A DNA stretch of 64,000 nt from Raillietiella orientalis (taxonomy: Eukaryota): positions 5,642,001 to 5,706,000 of the forward strand of contig JAYWIR010000001.1 of the NCBI GenBank assembly GCA_036172245.1, given 5' to 3'. The notes beneath the pieces are model-generated. The model was given only the letters and a program-made list of their open reading frames with translations, searched no databases and was not told the origin of the DNA. Position numbers and translations under genes: made by a program. Of the stretch, positions 63,200-64,000 are shown one piece after another. Each line of letters begins with the position of its first letter. Position 1 is the first letter of the stretch.

Positions 63200-63480
63200 A
63201 TGAAGCGTATCAGCCCAATCCCGGAAGTAGGATTCCGGAGGGGTGCTTGAACTTCGGAGTAATTTAGCGGCAAATCGTGAAAAGAGGGAAGAAGGAGGTT
63301 TGCCTTTCAGCATGCTCCTGTCGACGGCTACCTTTCTTCAGATATGGATCCGGCGAATCCGCTCTGACTGGCGGTGACGCTTTGCATGCCTCAGGGGTTT
63401 TGTTCTTGTAGCTCTCTTAATGTTGTCTTTGTAGCAATCATCTTTATTTTTACGGTTTTTTTTCTTTTTTTTTCTTAGCT
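63200..63480 (+). mobile_element. Non-LTR C-terminal fragment
   Basis: agcggcaaatcgtgaaaagagggaagaa..cagcatgct..atatggatc matches 59681-59775. Confidence 0.7.
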
Positions 63481-64000
63481 CAGAAGACAGATGCAGATGC
63501 ACTGCAACTCCACAAGTACATCTCTCCTCCAATCTCCAGAAGGTTCGCTGGCTGTTTTATAGATTCTTGCTAGGATTTCAGCTGCCACCAGTCCAGTGCT
63601 GGTTTGCCCGTGTTTGGATCTTATGCCCCAGGGCAGATTTTCAAGCAGAGGAAAGGGTGGACTCCGAACCGGAGAGAACGCAGCCTTTGTGATGGAGCAG
63701 AAGTGGATGGAGGTCGCCCACAGAGACCAGCAAGAGAACAGAGAGGAGGGGAAAATTTCGCAGACCGAAGGCGCACGTGGGACTCGGCACGGCTGCTGCT
63801 GAGACTTCTAGTGAAGAGACCGGAAGCTGACAGAACTCACGCGGGAACGAGCTGCCTTCCCAACGAGAGTGTCCCTTCTGTAGCCACGAGAAGCCATCCG
63901 TGGAGAAACCATCCCGGGCGAGGGGAAGGTATGAAGACAGTGGCCAGAACTCAGGTTTGGCGTCGACGACCCGACTGGAACCAAAGAGGGAGATGGGAGC

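Noticed and set aside
1-64000. Fanzor/TnpB, Cas or other intact nuclease system
   Set aside because: No RuvC- or HNH-like ORF seen; all CxxC motifs are explained by retroelement knuckles or zinc fingers.

Overview
Eukaryotic, gene-free, repeat-saturated DNA. I found no intact host gene, rRNA, functional tRNA or CRISPR array. Most long six-frame ORFs are chance or antisense frames of GC-rich decayed elements. The bulk of the window is 25+ nested, truncated, frameshifted fragments of an L1/Tx1-like non-LTR retrotransposon group (ORF1 with CCHC knuckles; ORF2 with APE endonuclease, RT and C-terminal CxxC..H..C zinc finger). There is also one decayed DIRS-type RT/RNase H element (~41.7-43.7 kb) and several hAT transposase remnants. 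Three features stand out. (1) A tRNA-derived module with Pol III box-like motifs lies antisense at the ORF1/ORF2 junction in about six copies of one subfamily. (2) Elements end in a conserved AATAAA + CCCGG-loop-CCGGG hairpin with no poly(A) tail (about 14 copies). (3) Three fold-back junctions join diverged copies at homologous positions. All assignments come from by-eye motif reading of degraded sequence, and element boundaries are approximate.
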